A stretch of DNA of 64,000 nt from Acidimicrobiia bacterium (GCA_044867525.1 JBIOVB010000016.1:23685-87684); one strand, 5' to 3'; shown: positions 1 to 9,842, counted from the stretch's first letter. Numbers and translations are program-made. The notes: generated from the sequence alone by a model not told the origin.

Positions 1-30
1 CGGTCGGTCTCACCCCGGCAGCCTGAGACG

Positions 31-36
31 TACGAT
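31..36 (+). promoter_or_regulatory. -10-like hexamer TACGAT, 6 nt upstream of the adnA GTG (leaderless geometry)
   Basis: TANNNT match, with the 6-nt spacer CGAGTC before GTG 43. Confidence 0.4.
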
Positions 37-42
37 CGAGTC

Positions 43-3003
43 GTGACTGGTGGCGAGATCCGGATAGACCCTGGATCCTGGGATATCTGGGTGGCAAGCC
101 CCGCCGGCCCACAGCTGATCGTGGCGGGGCCGGGGACCGGCAAGACCGAGTTCCTCGTGGGAAGGGTGGCGCACATCGTCAATGCCGGGCTCGCCCGTCG
201 AGACGAGGTTTCGTTCCTCACGTTCTCCCGCCGTTCGGCTGCCGATATCAAGCGTCGGGTCACCGAGGCCATCGGCGGCTCGGGTGCGCCCATCGACTCC
301 TCTACTTTCCACTCCCTGGCTCTCCGGTTGCTCGAGTCGGCCTCCGGAGTGCGGCCGGTGCCGCTCACGCCTCCGGAGCAGGTTCGAGTGGTCGCCGGGC
401 TGCTTGCCTCGGAGGACCCCGGAGCGTGGCCGGTCGCCTATCGCGGGATCCTGACAACCCGTGTCTTCGCCGGCGAGATCGCCGACTTCCTCACCCGTTG
501 CTCGGAGCGGCTCCTCTCCCCCGACGAGCTTGCCGAAAGAGCCGCCAGCCGCGCTGATTGGAAGGGGATCCCTGGCCTCTTCTCCCGGTATCGGCGGGCA
601 TTGGAGGAGCTGGCGAGGACCGACTACGGCACCCTCCTGGTGTCGGCCGTCGAGCTCCTGCGAACACCCGCCGGCTTCGAGCTCGCCGACGGGTTTCGCT
701 ATGTGGTCGTCGACGAATACCAGGACACCACCCCGGCACAAGCCGAGATGGCGCGGCTTCTCGCAGCGCCACATGGGAACCTCACTGTCGCCGGCGACCC
801 CTATCAGTCGATCTATTCGTTCCGCGGCGCTGAGCTGCGCAACATCGCCGCATTCACCGACGAGCACCCACAGGCGACCCGGATCATCCTCGACGGGAGC
901 ATGCGGGTGCCCCGGGAGATCCTGGAGTCGGCTCTTCGAGTTGTCTCCTCTGGCGAGCTGCCGGGCTCGGCCGGCCCGGTCCGGCCTGCCGCGCATCGGG
1001 GCCGGGTTGAGGCCTACACATTCGACCAGGAGACCTCCGAAGCCGACTGGATAGCTCGTGAGGTCGAGCAAATGATCAGTGTCGAGGGGGTGGGGCCCGC
1101 ATCGATCGCGGTGTTGGTTCGCTCCAAGCGCGAGCTGCTCAGGGAATTGGCCCGTGCCCTCGACCGGCGGGGCATTGCCCACGACCAACCAGACAGCCGC
1201 CTTGTCGATCATCCCGCGGTTCGCGTCTTCCACGACCTGGCAATCGTGGCCGGTCTCGGATCCGGAAGTCGCCCGACGACACCTGGCGAGATGGCGGACG
1301 TCGATCGGGCCGTGCGCCGCATCCTCCTCGGTCCGCTCTTCTCGGTTGGGTTGGGGAAGGAGCGAGACCTGTTGAGAGTGCGGAGGAGGACCAGGGCATC
1401 TTGGCCGGATGTGATCGGCGCCGGGCTCCCAGACGAGGCGAGCCTCGCCGGGCTGATCGGCGATCCATCATGGACCGACTCTGTTCCGGCAGTCGATGGG
1501 CTCTGGGAGGCATGGAGTCGACTCGACGCTTTCGAGCGGCTCGTTGCCGACCCCGCCAGGAGCGAATGGCGGAGCGCGATCACGTCCTTCGCCCAGGTGC
1601 TGGGGCGCCAGGCCGACCGCGACCGCACCGTGACCCTGCTCGGTTTCTTCGAAATGGCCGACGAGGAGGGATACGAAGTCGATCCCCTCATCCCGCACCG
1701 CCCGGACGCCCAGCAAGTCGCCTTGACCACCCTCCATCAATCCAAGGGCCTCGAGTTCGATGCGGTGTTCATTGCCAACGCGGTGGAAGGCGTCTTCCCC
1801 GATCTCCGGCGAAGCCGCCGCATGCTGCGACCGGAACTGTTGTCGCCAGAGCGGATTAGCGACGGGACCGCCCAACACCTGTTCCAGGTGCAGGAAGAGA
1901 TGCGGCTCGCCTACACCGCCATGACCAGGGCACGCCTGAGGGTGGTGTGGACGGCCACCAACGCAGGCGCCGATCAGGGGGAACACCGCCCATCTCGCTT
2001 CCTGGTGGCAGCCGCCGGCGCCGCCTCGATCTCCGAGATCGGGCCCCCGGTCGAGGTAGATCGGCCACCGGTGACCGTGATGGAGGCCGAAGTGGCGATG
2101 AGACGCGCAGCTCTCGACCCGACACGTCCATCGCCGGAGCGTCTCGCCGCCACCCGGGTTCTGGCCTCGCCTCCCGGTGACTGGTGGGAGCCATCGGCGT
2201 TTGCCGGGGTGCCCGCCCCCGGGCCGGATCGGCCCATCCTTGGGGCAAAGGTCACCCTGTCCCCCAGTCAGGCCGATATGTACTCGACCTGTCCCCGGAG
2301 ATACGCGCTCGAGCGGCGGCTCCGGCTGGGCGACGCCGACTCCCCGCACGCCCAATTCGGCACCCTGGTGCACTCCGCTTTGGAACGCGCCGAGAAGGAG
2401 GTGGTGGGAAGCGGGCAAGCCCATGCCGAGTTGGACGCAGTGCTCGAGCACCTGGAGACCGTGTGGTCCCAGGATGCCGACTTTGGTACGCCCGAACTGG
2501 ATGCCGCATGGCTTCGCCACGCCCGGGCCCTGGCAACGAGGCTATATGCGAGCTGGCCGAGCCCGGAGGGAGTCCCCATCGACCTCGAGATGAAGATCGA
2601 GGCGACCATCGACGACGTGCCGTGGACCGGGGTGATCGACCGGCTGGAGCGAACACCCGACGGGCTCAAGGTCGTGGACTACAAGACCTCGAAGCGCCCA
2701 CCGTCGTTCGCCGATGCCGCCGGATCGATCCAGCTCGCCTTCTATGCGACCGCCGTCGCCAGGAGCACGGGCGAGCCCGTCATCGCGGCCGAGATGTGGT
2801 TCCCCCGGGCCGAGTCGAAGTCGGTCACCACGCGTTCGCTGGACATGAGCAGCCTGGTGACACTCGAAGAGGAGATGGCTCGAGTGACATCGGCGATCAA
2901 AGAAGAGAAATGGGAGCCAACCATCGGTGAGGGCTGCAAGTACTGCAGCTTTCGGCTGTCGTGCCCCGCCTGGCCCGAGGGAAAAGGGGCCTACCTCCCA
3001 TGA
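43..3003 (+). CDS. adnA: AdnA-like helicase-nuclease subunit (UvrD/Rep motor plus C-terminal RecB-type nuclease with a 4-Cys motif)
   Basis: 986-aa ORF from GTG 43. It has UvrD-family motifs (GPGTGKTEF Walker A, VVDEYQDT, QSIYSFRGA). The C-terminal nuclease region has four Cys (YSTCPRRY ... CKYCSFRLSC), as in AddB/AdnA Fe-S nuclease domains. Its stop overlaps the next start (ATGA). Confidence 0.8.
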   Translation: MTGGEIRIDPGSWDIWVASPAGPQLIVAGPGTGKTEFLVGRVAHIVNAGLARRDEVSFLTFSRRSAADIKRRVTEAIGGSGAPIDSSTFHSLALRLLESASGVRPVPLTPPEQVRVVAGLLASEDPGAWPVAYRGILTTRVFAGEIADFLTRCSERLLSPDELAERAASRADWKGIPGLFSRYRRALEELARTDYGTLLVSAVELLRTPAGFELADGFRYVVVDEYQDTTPAQAEMARLLAAPHGNLTVAGDPYQSIYSFRGAELRNIAAFTDEHPQATRIILDGSMRVPREILESALRVVSSGELPGSAGPVRPAAHRGRVEAYTFDQETSEADWIAREVEQMISVEGVGPASIAVLVRSKRELLRELARALDRRGIAHDQPDSRLVDHPAVRVFHDLAIVAGLGSGSRPTTPGEMADVDRAVRRILLGPLFSVGLGKERDLLRVRRRTRASWPDVIGAGLPDEASLAGLIGDPSWTDSVPAVDGLWEAWSRLDAFERLVADPARSEWRSAITSFAQVLGRQADRDRTVTLLGFFEMADEEGYEVDPLIPHRPDAQQVALTTLHQSKGLEFDAVFIANAVEGVFPDLRRSRRMLRPELLSPERISDGTAQHLFQVQEEMRLAYTAMTRARLRVVWTATNAGADQGEHRPSRFLVAAAGAASISEIGPPVEVDRPPVTVMEAEVAMRRAALDPTRPSPERLAATRVLASPPGDWWEPSAFAGVPAPGPDRPILGAKVTLSPSQADMYSTCPRRYALERRLRLGDADSPHAQFGTLVHSALERAEKEVVGSGQAHAELDAVLEHLETVWSQDADFGTPELDAAWLRHARALATRLYASWPSPEGVPIDLEMKIEATIDDVPWTGVIDRLERTPDGLKVVDYKTSKRPPSFADAAGSIQLAFYATAVARSTGEPVIAAEMWFPRAESKSVTTRSLDMSSLVTLEEEMARVTSAIKEEKWEPTIGEGCKYCSFRLSCPAWPEGKGAYLP

Positions 3004-6000
3004 GCCTGGTACCGAGCCCCGAACAACAGGCGATCCTCGACCTGGGGCTGGGAAATATCCGAATCAGGGCCGGCGCAGGAACCGGCAAGACCACCACCGC
3101 GGCCATGATCATCTCCAACCTGATCGATCGACGCGGGGTCGAGCCCGAGCAGGTCCTGGGCATCACTTTCACCAATAAGGCCGCCGCCGAGCTCGCCGAC
3201 CGGGTGAGGTCGACGATCGAGGGACAGGTGGACGAGGGCCGCCAGGTCGAGGTGCACACCTATCACGGCTTTGCTGCCCAAATCCTGTCGGAGTTCGGTG
3301 CCCTGGCCGGGGTCGACACCGGTGTCAAGATCATCACCCCTACGTTCTCACGACAACTGCTCTCGGAGACCTTCGATCGCACCGACTACCAGGCGATCGA
3401 CATCACCAATCGGCAGAACCTCGACAAGATCAGGGCCCTCGGCGACCGATTGGGGGATCATCTCCTGGAGCCCCGGGATTTGCTCGCGCCTGACTTGCCG
3501 GACGACGACGTGTGGCTGAAACGCCAGGAGATGCTGGAGACTCTGAGGACATACGCAGCCGAGAAACGACGCCTTGGTGTCGTGGACTACAGCGACCTGG
3601 TCACGCTCTCCACCCGTGTGATGCGGGACAACCCGGGGCTGGCGTCGGAGGTCAGGGACCGCTACCGGGTAGTGCTCCTCGACGAGTACCAGGACACCAA
3701 TCCGGCGCAACGGGTGCTCCTGGCAACGGTTTTCGGAGATGGGTTCCCGGTGATTGCAGTCGGCGATGAGGACCAGACGATCTACGAGTGGAGGGGAGCG
3801 TCTTCCGAGAACTTCGAGCTGTTCTCCCACCATTTCCCGGCGCCCCCGGGGAAGAAGGTCATCGAACGAGGGCTCACCCTCAACCGGAGGTCGTCACAAG
3901 TCATCCTCGACGTGGCCAACGAGATCCGGCGCCGGGGCAACCCGGGCGCCCAGGAGCTGCGATCGGACGAACAGCAGCGCGTCGGAGAGGTGATCACCTA
4001 TTGGGCCGAGGACGCGATCGCCGAAGCCGACTGGATCGCGACCCAGTTGGAGGATCGACACGCCGATGGAATTCCATGGGCGGAGATGGCTGTCCTCTTC
4101 CGCAAGAACAAAGACTTCGCCGTCGTACTCGATGCCCTCTCCCGCCACGAGATCCCCGTCGAGGTGGCCAACCTTGGTGGTCTTCTCTCGGTGCCCGAAG
4201 TCGCAGAGCTCCGGGCTTGGATGACCATCATCGAGCGACCGGAGGACTCAGGGTCACTGGTTCAGGTGCTCTTTGGCAGCCGGTATCGACTCGGGCTCGC
4301 CGACATCGCCCCCCTAACCCGATGGGTGACAACCGCTGTCACCGACCTCGATGACGAAGAGGTGGCGCCGGTGAGTCTTCTCGAGGCCATTGAGAGCCTC
4401 GATCAGATCGACGGGATCAGGGCCGAGTCGAGGAAGGCGTTGACCCATTTCCTGACCACCTACCGGGAGGTGCTGGTGGAGAGTCAGGGAATGAGCCTGG
4501 TCGAGGTGTGCCGCCTCATCCTCGACCGTGCCCGCGCCTGGCAGGACATCGATGCCTTGCCTCCCACGGCCCGGCTGACAGCGAAGCTGAACCTGCACCG
4601 CCTGCTCGACCTCGCCGAGGACTGGAGCCCGCTCTCGGGTCGGCCGTCGCTGACCGCCTTCCTCGACTACCTAGACGTGATGGAGGACGAGCCTGCCGAG
4701 GAGCTCGACTCGGCGCACCTCTCGGGCGAGGACGCGGTGACCTTGGTCACCATCCATCGAGCCAAGGGGCTGGAGTGGGATGTCGTTGCCGTGCCCGCAG
4801 TGGTGGATCAGAACTTCCCCAGTCGGTCCCATCAATTCCCCGACCCTGTCCGGTTCCCCGAGCATCTCCCCGTCGGGCACCGCATCGACACCGCCTTTGC
4901 CGCCTTGCCCGACGACGAGAAAGCCCGGACCGCCTATCTCCGGCAGCGGCACGAGTTGCAGGAGTGGCGCACGGCCTACGTCGCTGCAACCCGGGCGCGA
5001 TCGACCCTGATGGTCACCGGCAGCTATTGGTACGGGCTCCCCGAGCCCACCATGTCTGCGAAGAAGCCGTCCGCTCTGTTCGAGCTAGTCGAACGACACC
5101 CTGCGACCCGGGTCGCCGGCCACGAAAGCGAGCCCCAGAGACCGGCCCTTCTCCGCTGGGCCGCAGAGGCGGTGACGCCCGACCCGCTCTTCGCCTCAGG
5201 GTGGGCCGAAGCCATGCGCTCGGCGATCGCCGACCCGACCACCCTCGATGCCGTGGCCAATTCCCTGGGCGTCCAGGCTCGTTATCAGGAGCTGGTGGAT
5301 TCGTTCACCGGCACCCTGTTCGAGGTCTTGGCCGGTGACCGGCAGTTCCCGCCTCCCGCCCCGGTGAAACAGGTGTCTGTCACCGGGCTGGTGACCTATG
5401 CCCAGTGCCCGAAGCGGTATTACTGGTCCGTAGTCGACGGACTGCCCCGGCGACGCAATCCGGCTGCGGTCGCCGGGACCGAGGTCCATCGCCGCATCGA
5501 GCTCCATCAAAGGGGTCAGGTCCCCTTCGAGGTCGTCGAAGCCGATTTCTACGATGTGCCCGACGAGGGTTCGGGACCCGGGGCCTTCAAGTCGTTCCTG
5601 GCGTCCCGGTTCGCAGAGCGAAACGCGACTCTGGTCGAGGCGCCTTTCGAGATCCAGATGGACAACGGCTATTTGGTGAGAGGCCGGATGGACGCGGTGT
5701 ACATCGACGACGGCGCCTGGGAGATAGTGGACTTCAAGAGCGGAAAGCCCGCCGACGAGATCGGCCGAATCGTCCAGTTGCAGGCCTATGCCATCGCAGC
5801 CACCGATGCCGACCTCGGGCACCCCAAGCCCTCCTCCCTCGACGTCACCTTCGCCTATCTCGGCGATGGCGTCGCCGAACAGAGGTTCCGCGCCGACGGT
5901 CCCTGGATGGAGGCAGCTCGGGCCGACATTGCCGGGCTCACCGCAGGGATCGAGGGTGAAGACTTCCAAGAGGTCCCCGGCACCTGGTGCAATTCCTGTG

Positions 6001-6047
6001 ATTTCCTCCGGTTCTGCGGGCCCGGCAAGGAATGGCTGGAGCAGTGA
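3000..6047 (+). CDS. adnB: AdnB-like helicase-nuclease subunit (UvrD/Rep motor plus RecB-type nuclease with a 4-Cys motif)
   Basis: Start moved from the track position 2961 to ATG 3000, which forms an ATGA overlap with the adnA stop. Motifs: GAGTGKTTT Walker A, LLDEYQDTNP, EDQTIYEWRGA. The C-terminus has YAQCPKRY ... WCNSCDFLRFC. Confidence 0.8.
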   Translation: MSLVPSPEQQAILDLGLGNIRIRAGAGTGKTTTAAMIISNLIDRRGVEPEQVLGITFTNKAAAELADRVRSTIEGQVDEGRQVEVHTYHGFAAQILSEFGALAGVDTGVKIITPTFSRQLLSETFDRTDYQAIDITNRQNLDKIRALGDRLGDHLLEPRDLLAPDLPDDDVWLKRQEMLETLRTYAAEKRRLGVVDYSDLVTLSTRVMRDNPGLASEVRDRYRVVLLDEYQDTNPAQRVLLATVFGDGFPVIAVGDEDQTIYEWRGASSENFELFSHHFPAPPGKKVIERGLTLNRRSSQVILDVANEIRRRGNPGAQELRSDEQQRVGEVITYWAEDAIAEADWIATQLEDRHADGIPWAEMAVLFRKNKDFAVVLDALSRHEIPVEVANLGGLLSVPEVAELRAWMTIIERPEDSGSLVQVLFGSRYRLGLADIAPLTRWVTTAVTDLDDEEVAPVSLLEAIESLDQIDGIRAESRKALTHFLTTYREVLVESQGMSLVEVCRLILDRARAWQDIDALPPTARLTAKLNLHRLLDLAEDWSPLSGRPSLTAFLDYLDVMEDEPAEELDSAHLSGEDAVTLVTIHRAKGLEWDVVAVPAVVDQNFPSRSHQFPDPVRFPEHLPVGHRIDTAFAALPDDEKARTAYLRQRHELQEWRTAYVAATRARSTLMVTGSYWYGLPEPTMSAKKPSALFELVERHPATRVAGHESEPQRPALLRWAAEAVTPDPLFASGWAEAMRSAIADPTTLDAVANSLGVQARYQELVDSFTGTLFEVLAGDRQFPPPAPVKQVSVTGLVTYAQCPKRYYWSVVDGLPRRRNPAAVAGTEVHRRIELHQRGQVPFEVVEADFYDVPDEGSGPGAFKSFLASRFAERNATLVEAPFEIQMDNGYLVRGRMDAVYIDDGAWEIVDFKSGKPADEIGRIVQLQAYAIAATDADLGHPKPSSLDVTFAYLGDGVAEQRFRADGPWMEAARADIAGLTAGIEGEDFQEVPGTWCNSCDFLRFCGPGKEWLEQ

Positions 6048-6643
6048 TCCTCCTCGCAGCCCTGGTCGGGTACGTCATCGGCAGCATGCCGACGGCGAAC
6101 GCACTCGCCGGGCTTTGGGGCATCGACCTCCGGGGCGGCGGGACCGGCAATCCCGGGGCCAACAACGCCCGCAGGCTGGGAGGGCCCGGGCTCGCTTTGC
6201 TGGTCCTCGTCGTCGAAGTGGCCAAAGGCTTCTTCGCCGTGGTGCTTGGTATGGCCCTAGCCGGTGACCCCGGAGCAGTCTTCGCCGGTCTGGGCGCCGC
6301 CGCGGGGAACGTCTACAACGTCTGGTATCGATTCCAGGGCGGCAAGGGCCTCAGCATCACCCTCGGCATCCTCATCGGCGCCTGGCCCGCGTTCGCCCCG
6401 GTCGCCCTGTTCGTGCTCGGGTTGTCCGCCGCGATCACCAGGTCGACCGGGATCGGCTCCCTGGTCACTCTGGCGGCGATCTTCGTCGGCTCCCTGCTGT
6501 GGGCGGGGACCGGCATCCAGGGCCCGTGGGGAGTGGCCGACCCGGACCTGCTGGTCATACTGGGGATCGGTCTGCCGGCGATCCTTTGGCGACCACACTG
6601 GAAGGACGCCCGGGCCCGCCTCAGGCGACCCGCCCCCCTCTGA
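6032..6643 (+). CDS. plsY: Acyl-phosphate:glycerol-3-phosphate acyltransferase PlsY
   Basis: 203-aa multi-pass hydrophobic protein. N-terminal LVGYVIGSMPTA, GTGNPGANN and FQGGKG blocks match the PlsY family. Confidence 0.85.
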   Translation: MAGAVILLAALVGYVIGSMPTANALAGLWGIDLRGGGTGNPGANNARRLGGPGLALLVLVVEVAKGFFAVVLGMALAGDPGAVFAGLGAAAGNVYNVWYRFQGGKGLSITLGILIGAWPAFAPVALFVLGLSAAITRSTGIGSLVTLAAIFVGSLLWAGTGIQGPWGVADPDLLVILGIGLPAILWRPHWKDARARLRRPAPL

Positions 6644-7094
6644 CATCGAGGACGAGCGTCATCGGACCCTGGTTGACCAGGGAGACGCCCATCATCGCCC
6701 CGAATCGGCCCGACTCCGCTCGAATCCCCCGCTCCTCGAATAACTGGACCAAGCGGTCGAACATCGGAGCGGCGAGATCCGCTGGCGCGGCTCCGGCCAA
6801 CGACGGGCGACGCCCCTTTCTCGCGTCGGCGAGGAGAGTGAACGGGCTGACCAGGAGCACCGAGCCCCCGATCTCGCGAAGCGACAGGTTCATCGCACCC
6901 GACCTGTCGGCGAACACCCGCAAGTCGCTGATCTTCTCGGCAGCTGCGGCCAGGTCGCGCTCGTCGTCTCCCGCCTCGATGCCGACCAGGAGCAGCAAGC
7001 CAGGGCCAATCTCGCCGACGACTTCGTCGCCAACCCTCACCGACGCCTTCGACACCCTCTGCAGGACGATCCGCACGGGGCCGGATTCTGACAT
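6621..7094 (-). CDS. dtd: D-aminoacyl-tRNA deacylase
   Basis: VRIVLQRVSKASVRV ... LLLVGI ... VSPFTL ... GAMM..SLVNQGPMT is the typical Dtd pattern. The start may instead be GTG 7076 (VRIVLQRV), matching usual Dtd N-termini. The 3' end overlaps plsY convergently by 23 nt. Confidence 0.85.
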   Translation of the reverse strand: MSESGPVRIVLQRVSKASVRVGDEVVGEIGPGLLLLVGIEAGDDERDLAAAAEKISDLRVFADRSGAMNLSLREIGGSVLLVSPFTLLADARKGRRPSLAGAAPADLAAPMFDRLVQLFEERGIRAESGRFGAMMGVSLVNQGPMTLVLDVRGGRVA

Positions 7095-7099
7095 CCAAA

Positions 7100-7105
7100 T
7101 AGAGT
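7100..7105 (+). promoter_or_regulatory. -10-like hexamer TAGAGT, 7 nt upstream of plsB ATG 7113
   Basis: TANNNT match in the dtd/plsB divergent gap. Confidence 0.4.
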
Positions 7106-7112
7106 GGCGGAC

Positions 7113-9392
7113 ATGACCTCGCGGCGCGAGTCCCCCGATGAGCTCCTGAGTGGCCCGCCAGGAGCAGCCGTGCTCTACCTGTTGGATGTGGCCAGCGAGT
7201 ACGAGGCCGCCATCCTCGAGAGATGGCTGAAGACGTCGGTCGGGCCGGAGGCGGACATGGTTCGCATCGCGTCCTCGAGACGTGGTTGGGGCGGCGACGT
7301 GGATGCGCTATCCGAGCGCCTCGCCTCAGGAAAGAACCGGTATTTGATCCCGGTCCGCGTGGTGTGGATGGCGCCACGGTCCAAGGACGGGAGGCGCTCG
7401 GTGAGTTGGGCCGATGTCTTGCAGCCTGGTGACCCTCGGGACCCGCGTGGCCTCCGCGCCCGGTGGATCCGCACTTTTCGCTCGGATCGGGTCCGCCTCA
7501 TCGCAGCCCGAGGAGCTTTTCTCGGAGACCTGAATTCGGATCACTTGTCCTCGGGTCAGGTCGACCCTCTGGCCAGCTTCATCACCCGCCGGGCTTGGAG
7601 TGTCCTCGACCAGGCCGAGCGCAAGCTCAGAGGCAATCGTTACAAGATCCCCCGGTTCGTGCCCGAGGCGATCCTCTCCCGACGCGAGTTCCTCGACACC
7701 GTGGATGAGATCTCGCTGGGCACGGGAATGACAATCGAACAGGGTCGCACAAAAGCCGAGCACTACCTGCGTGAGATCGCGGCGACCCATTCGCCGTACG
7801 CCATCGACGTGATCGCAAACGCGATCCACAAGCTCTACAGCCAGGGCTATGGCTCGATCCGGTACGCCCCCGAGCAGGTGCGCCGGATCGCCGATCTCGG
7901 CCAGGCCCATCCCGTCGTCTTCCTTCCGTCACATCGCTCGAATCTCGACCGGCTCTCTCTTCAGTTCATGCTCTGGGAGAACGACCTCCCGCCGAACCAC
8001 ACCGCGGGCGGCATCAACATGAACTTCTTCCCGGTCGGCCCTCTGATGCGACGCACCGGCGTCTTCTTCATCCGACGCTCGTTCAAGGGCAACCCGCTGT
8101 ACAAGGCCGTACTCAAGAGCTACCTCGATTACCTGATCGAGAAGCGGTTCCCCCTCGAGTGGTACATGGAGGGTGGCCGCTCCCGCTCGGGCAGGCTCGG
8201 TGTCCCCCGCCTCGGCCTGCTCAGTTATGTGATCGACGCGCTGCGGCGGGGCAAGACCGATGACATCCAGCTGATCCCGGTCTCCATCGCCTACGACCAG
8301 ATCCAGGACGTGCCCGACTATGCGCTGGAGGCGCAGGGCAAGGGAAAGCAGAGGGAGTCACTTGGTTGGATGTACCGGGCCGTGAAGTCTCTTCGCCGCC
8401 GCTACGGGGACATCCACATCCGTTTCGGCGAGCCGGTCTCGGCTGCCTCCCATCTCGGCTCCATCGCCGAGGACGACGAATCGTCGATCGGCCTCCAGAA
8501 GCTCGGGTTCGAGGTCATGTACCGGATCGGCCAAGTCACCCCGATCACACCCACGGCTCTGGTCACGGTTGTCTTGCTCGCTGCCCGGGGCAGCGCCAGA
8601 ACCGCCTCGCAGCTGGCAGAGGAATGCGCCCGCCTCACCGATTTCGTCTCCGCCCGGGCTCTCGCGACTACCGAGGCGCTGGACCTGTCCGACCCCGATC
8701 GTGTCACCACGGTGCTCGACTGGCTCGCGGAGCACGGAAACGTGTCGAGCCATGAGGCGGTCGGGAGGCGGGTGTTCTGGCTCGACGAGGAGCAAATGGT
8801 CCGCATCGCCTATTACCGGAACGTCGTCGTGCACTTCTTCGTACCCCGAGCCCTGGCCGAGATGGCGCTGACATCCCTCGCCGACGGCGGTCAGGTGTCG
8901 GGCGACGAGGTGGACGCCGAACTGCTCCGGCTCCGCGACCTCCTCAAGTTCGAGTTCTTCTTCCAGGAGAAGGAGTCGTTCCTAAGGGCGGTCTCCGACG
9001 ACATAGAGCTCGACGTCCCGCATTGGCGATCGTCTCTGCTCCCATCGGGCGCAGCCGGCATCGTCTCCAAATTGGGGCCGCCAATCGCCCACTGGGCTGT
9101 CCTCCCCTTCCTCGACGCATACCAGATCGTGGGCGACGAGCTGGAGGTGACCAGGGGCGCACTCAACGAAAAGGCGTTTCTCAAGGCATGCCTGGACAGG
9201 GCCCGGATGTATCGGATCGAAGGCCGCTTGATGAGCGGGGAGAGCGCCAGCCAGGTGATGTTCAAGTCGGCCCTGGCTCTCGCCGACAACCGCGGGCTCC
9301 TCTCCCAGGACCGGGGGGTGCTCGAAGCGCGGGTGGCGTTTGCCGCCGAAGTTCGCGAGGCGCGAGCCCTGGCGGCTGCCGGTCTCTCGTGA
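7113..9392 (+). CDS. plsB: Glycerol-3-phosphate acyltransferase, PlsB type
   Basis: Roughly 760 aa with the HX4D acyltransferase motif (PSHRSNLDRL) and FFIRRSFKG and EGGRSRSGR blocks, as in PlsB. The track start is GTG 7104. I prefer ATG 7113 because a TAGAGT hexamer ends 7 nt upstream of it. Confidence 0.8.
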   Translation: MTSRRESPDELLSGPPGAAVLYLLDVASEYEAAILERWLKTSVGPEADMVRIASSRRGWGGDVDALSERLASGKNRYLIPVRVVWMAPRSKDGRRSVSWADVLQPGDPRDPRGLRARWIRTFRSDRVRLIAARGAFLGDLNSDHLSSGQVDPLASFITRRAWSVLDQAERKLRGNRYKIPRFVPEAILSRREFLDTVDEISLGTGMTIEQGRTKAEHYLREIAATHSPYAIDVIANAIHKLYSQGYGSIRYAPEQVRRIADLGQAHPVVFLPSHRSNLDRLSLQFMLWENDLPPNHTAGGINMNFFPVGPLMRRTGVFFIRRSFKGNPLYKAVLKSYLDYLIEKRFPLEWYMEGGRSRSGRLGVPRLGLLSYVIDALRRGKTDDIQLIPVSIAYDQIQDVPDYALEAQGKGKQRESLGWMYRAVKSLRRRYGDIHIRFGEPVSAASHLGSIAEDDESSIGLQKLGFEVMYRIGQVTPITPTALVTVVLLAARGSARTASQLAEECARLTDFVSARALATTEALDLSDPDRVTTVLDWLAEHGNVSSHEAVGRRVFWLDEEQMVRIAYYRNVVVHFFVPRALAEMALTSLADGGQVSGDEVDAELLRLRDLLKFEFFFQEKESFLRAVSDDIELDVPHWRSSLLPSGAAGIVSKLGPPIAHWAVLPFLDAYQIVGDELEVTRGALNEKAFLKACLDRARMYRIEGRLMSGESASQVMFKSALALADNRGLLSQDRGVLEARVAFAAEVREARALAAAGLS

Positions 9393-9398
9393 GGGTCG

Positions 9399-9842
9399 CT
9401 ACGGCTTCTTGCCCCAGCGCGCCCGGGCGTCTTCGATCAGGTCACGGGAAGACTTGTGAGCGGGCACCGGGGGCACGGGGAACGAGGGCGAGGGGAGATC
9501 CTGGATCGGTTCCGGCTGCGGAGTGGCCGGCCGGGGTGCCGGGCTCGGGGCGGGCACTGGTGTCTTCTCCCCGGCCGGTTCCGGTGACGGGGACCTGGCG
9601 ACGTCGGGAAGGACCGGCGGGGTCGGGATCGAGGCGGCGGTGTCGCCGAGCTGTGATTCACCCTCGGCTGGGGTTCTTGATCGCTTGCGTAGTGCCCGTC
9701 CGAGAAAGATCAGGGCGACTGCGTAGAACCCAGATCCCGTCATGTTGAGCGGGAGGTCTTCGAGCACGCCGGCTCCGGAGAGAATGGCGAGCAGCAGCCA
9801 GAGATAGCCGACCGCCGACGCCAGCCGCCCGGCTACCGCCAT
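9399..9842 (-). CDS. Hypothetical small membrane protein with a proline-rich tail
   Basis: 147 aa with two predicted hydrophobic helices and then a P/S/E-rich, low-complexity C-terminal half. An AGGGAG Shine-Dalgarno-like box lies about 8 nt upstream of the ATG. It sits 38 nt downstream of the ABC-2 permease on the same strand. Confidence 0.5.
   Translation of the reverse strand: MAVAGRLASAVGYLWLLLAILSGAGVLEDLPLNMTGSGFYAVALIFLGRALRKRSRTPAEGESQLGDTAASIPTPPVLPDVARSPSPEPAGEKTPVPAPSPAPRPATPQPEPIQDLPSPSFPVPPVPAHKSSRDLIEDARARWGKKP

Noticed and set aside
10-1233. 407-aa minus-strand ORF, plus other long ORFs antisense to adnA/adnB (for example 1468-2520 -, 3348-3833 -, 5196-5969 -).
   Set aside because: They are Arg/Gly/Pro-rich and low in complexity, with no recognisable motifs. 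They fully overlap frames that carry clear helicase and nuclease motifs. This is the typical GC-rich antisense artefact.
6313-7377. 354-aa minus-strand ORF spanning plsY, dtd and the plsB start.
   Set aside because: It crosses three well-supported genes in other frames, and its composition is dominated by R, G, P and A.
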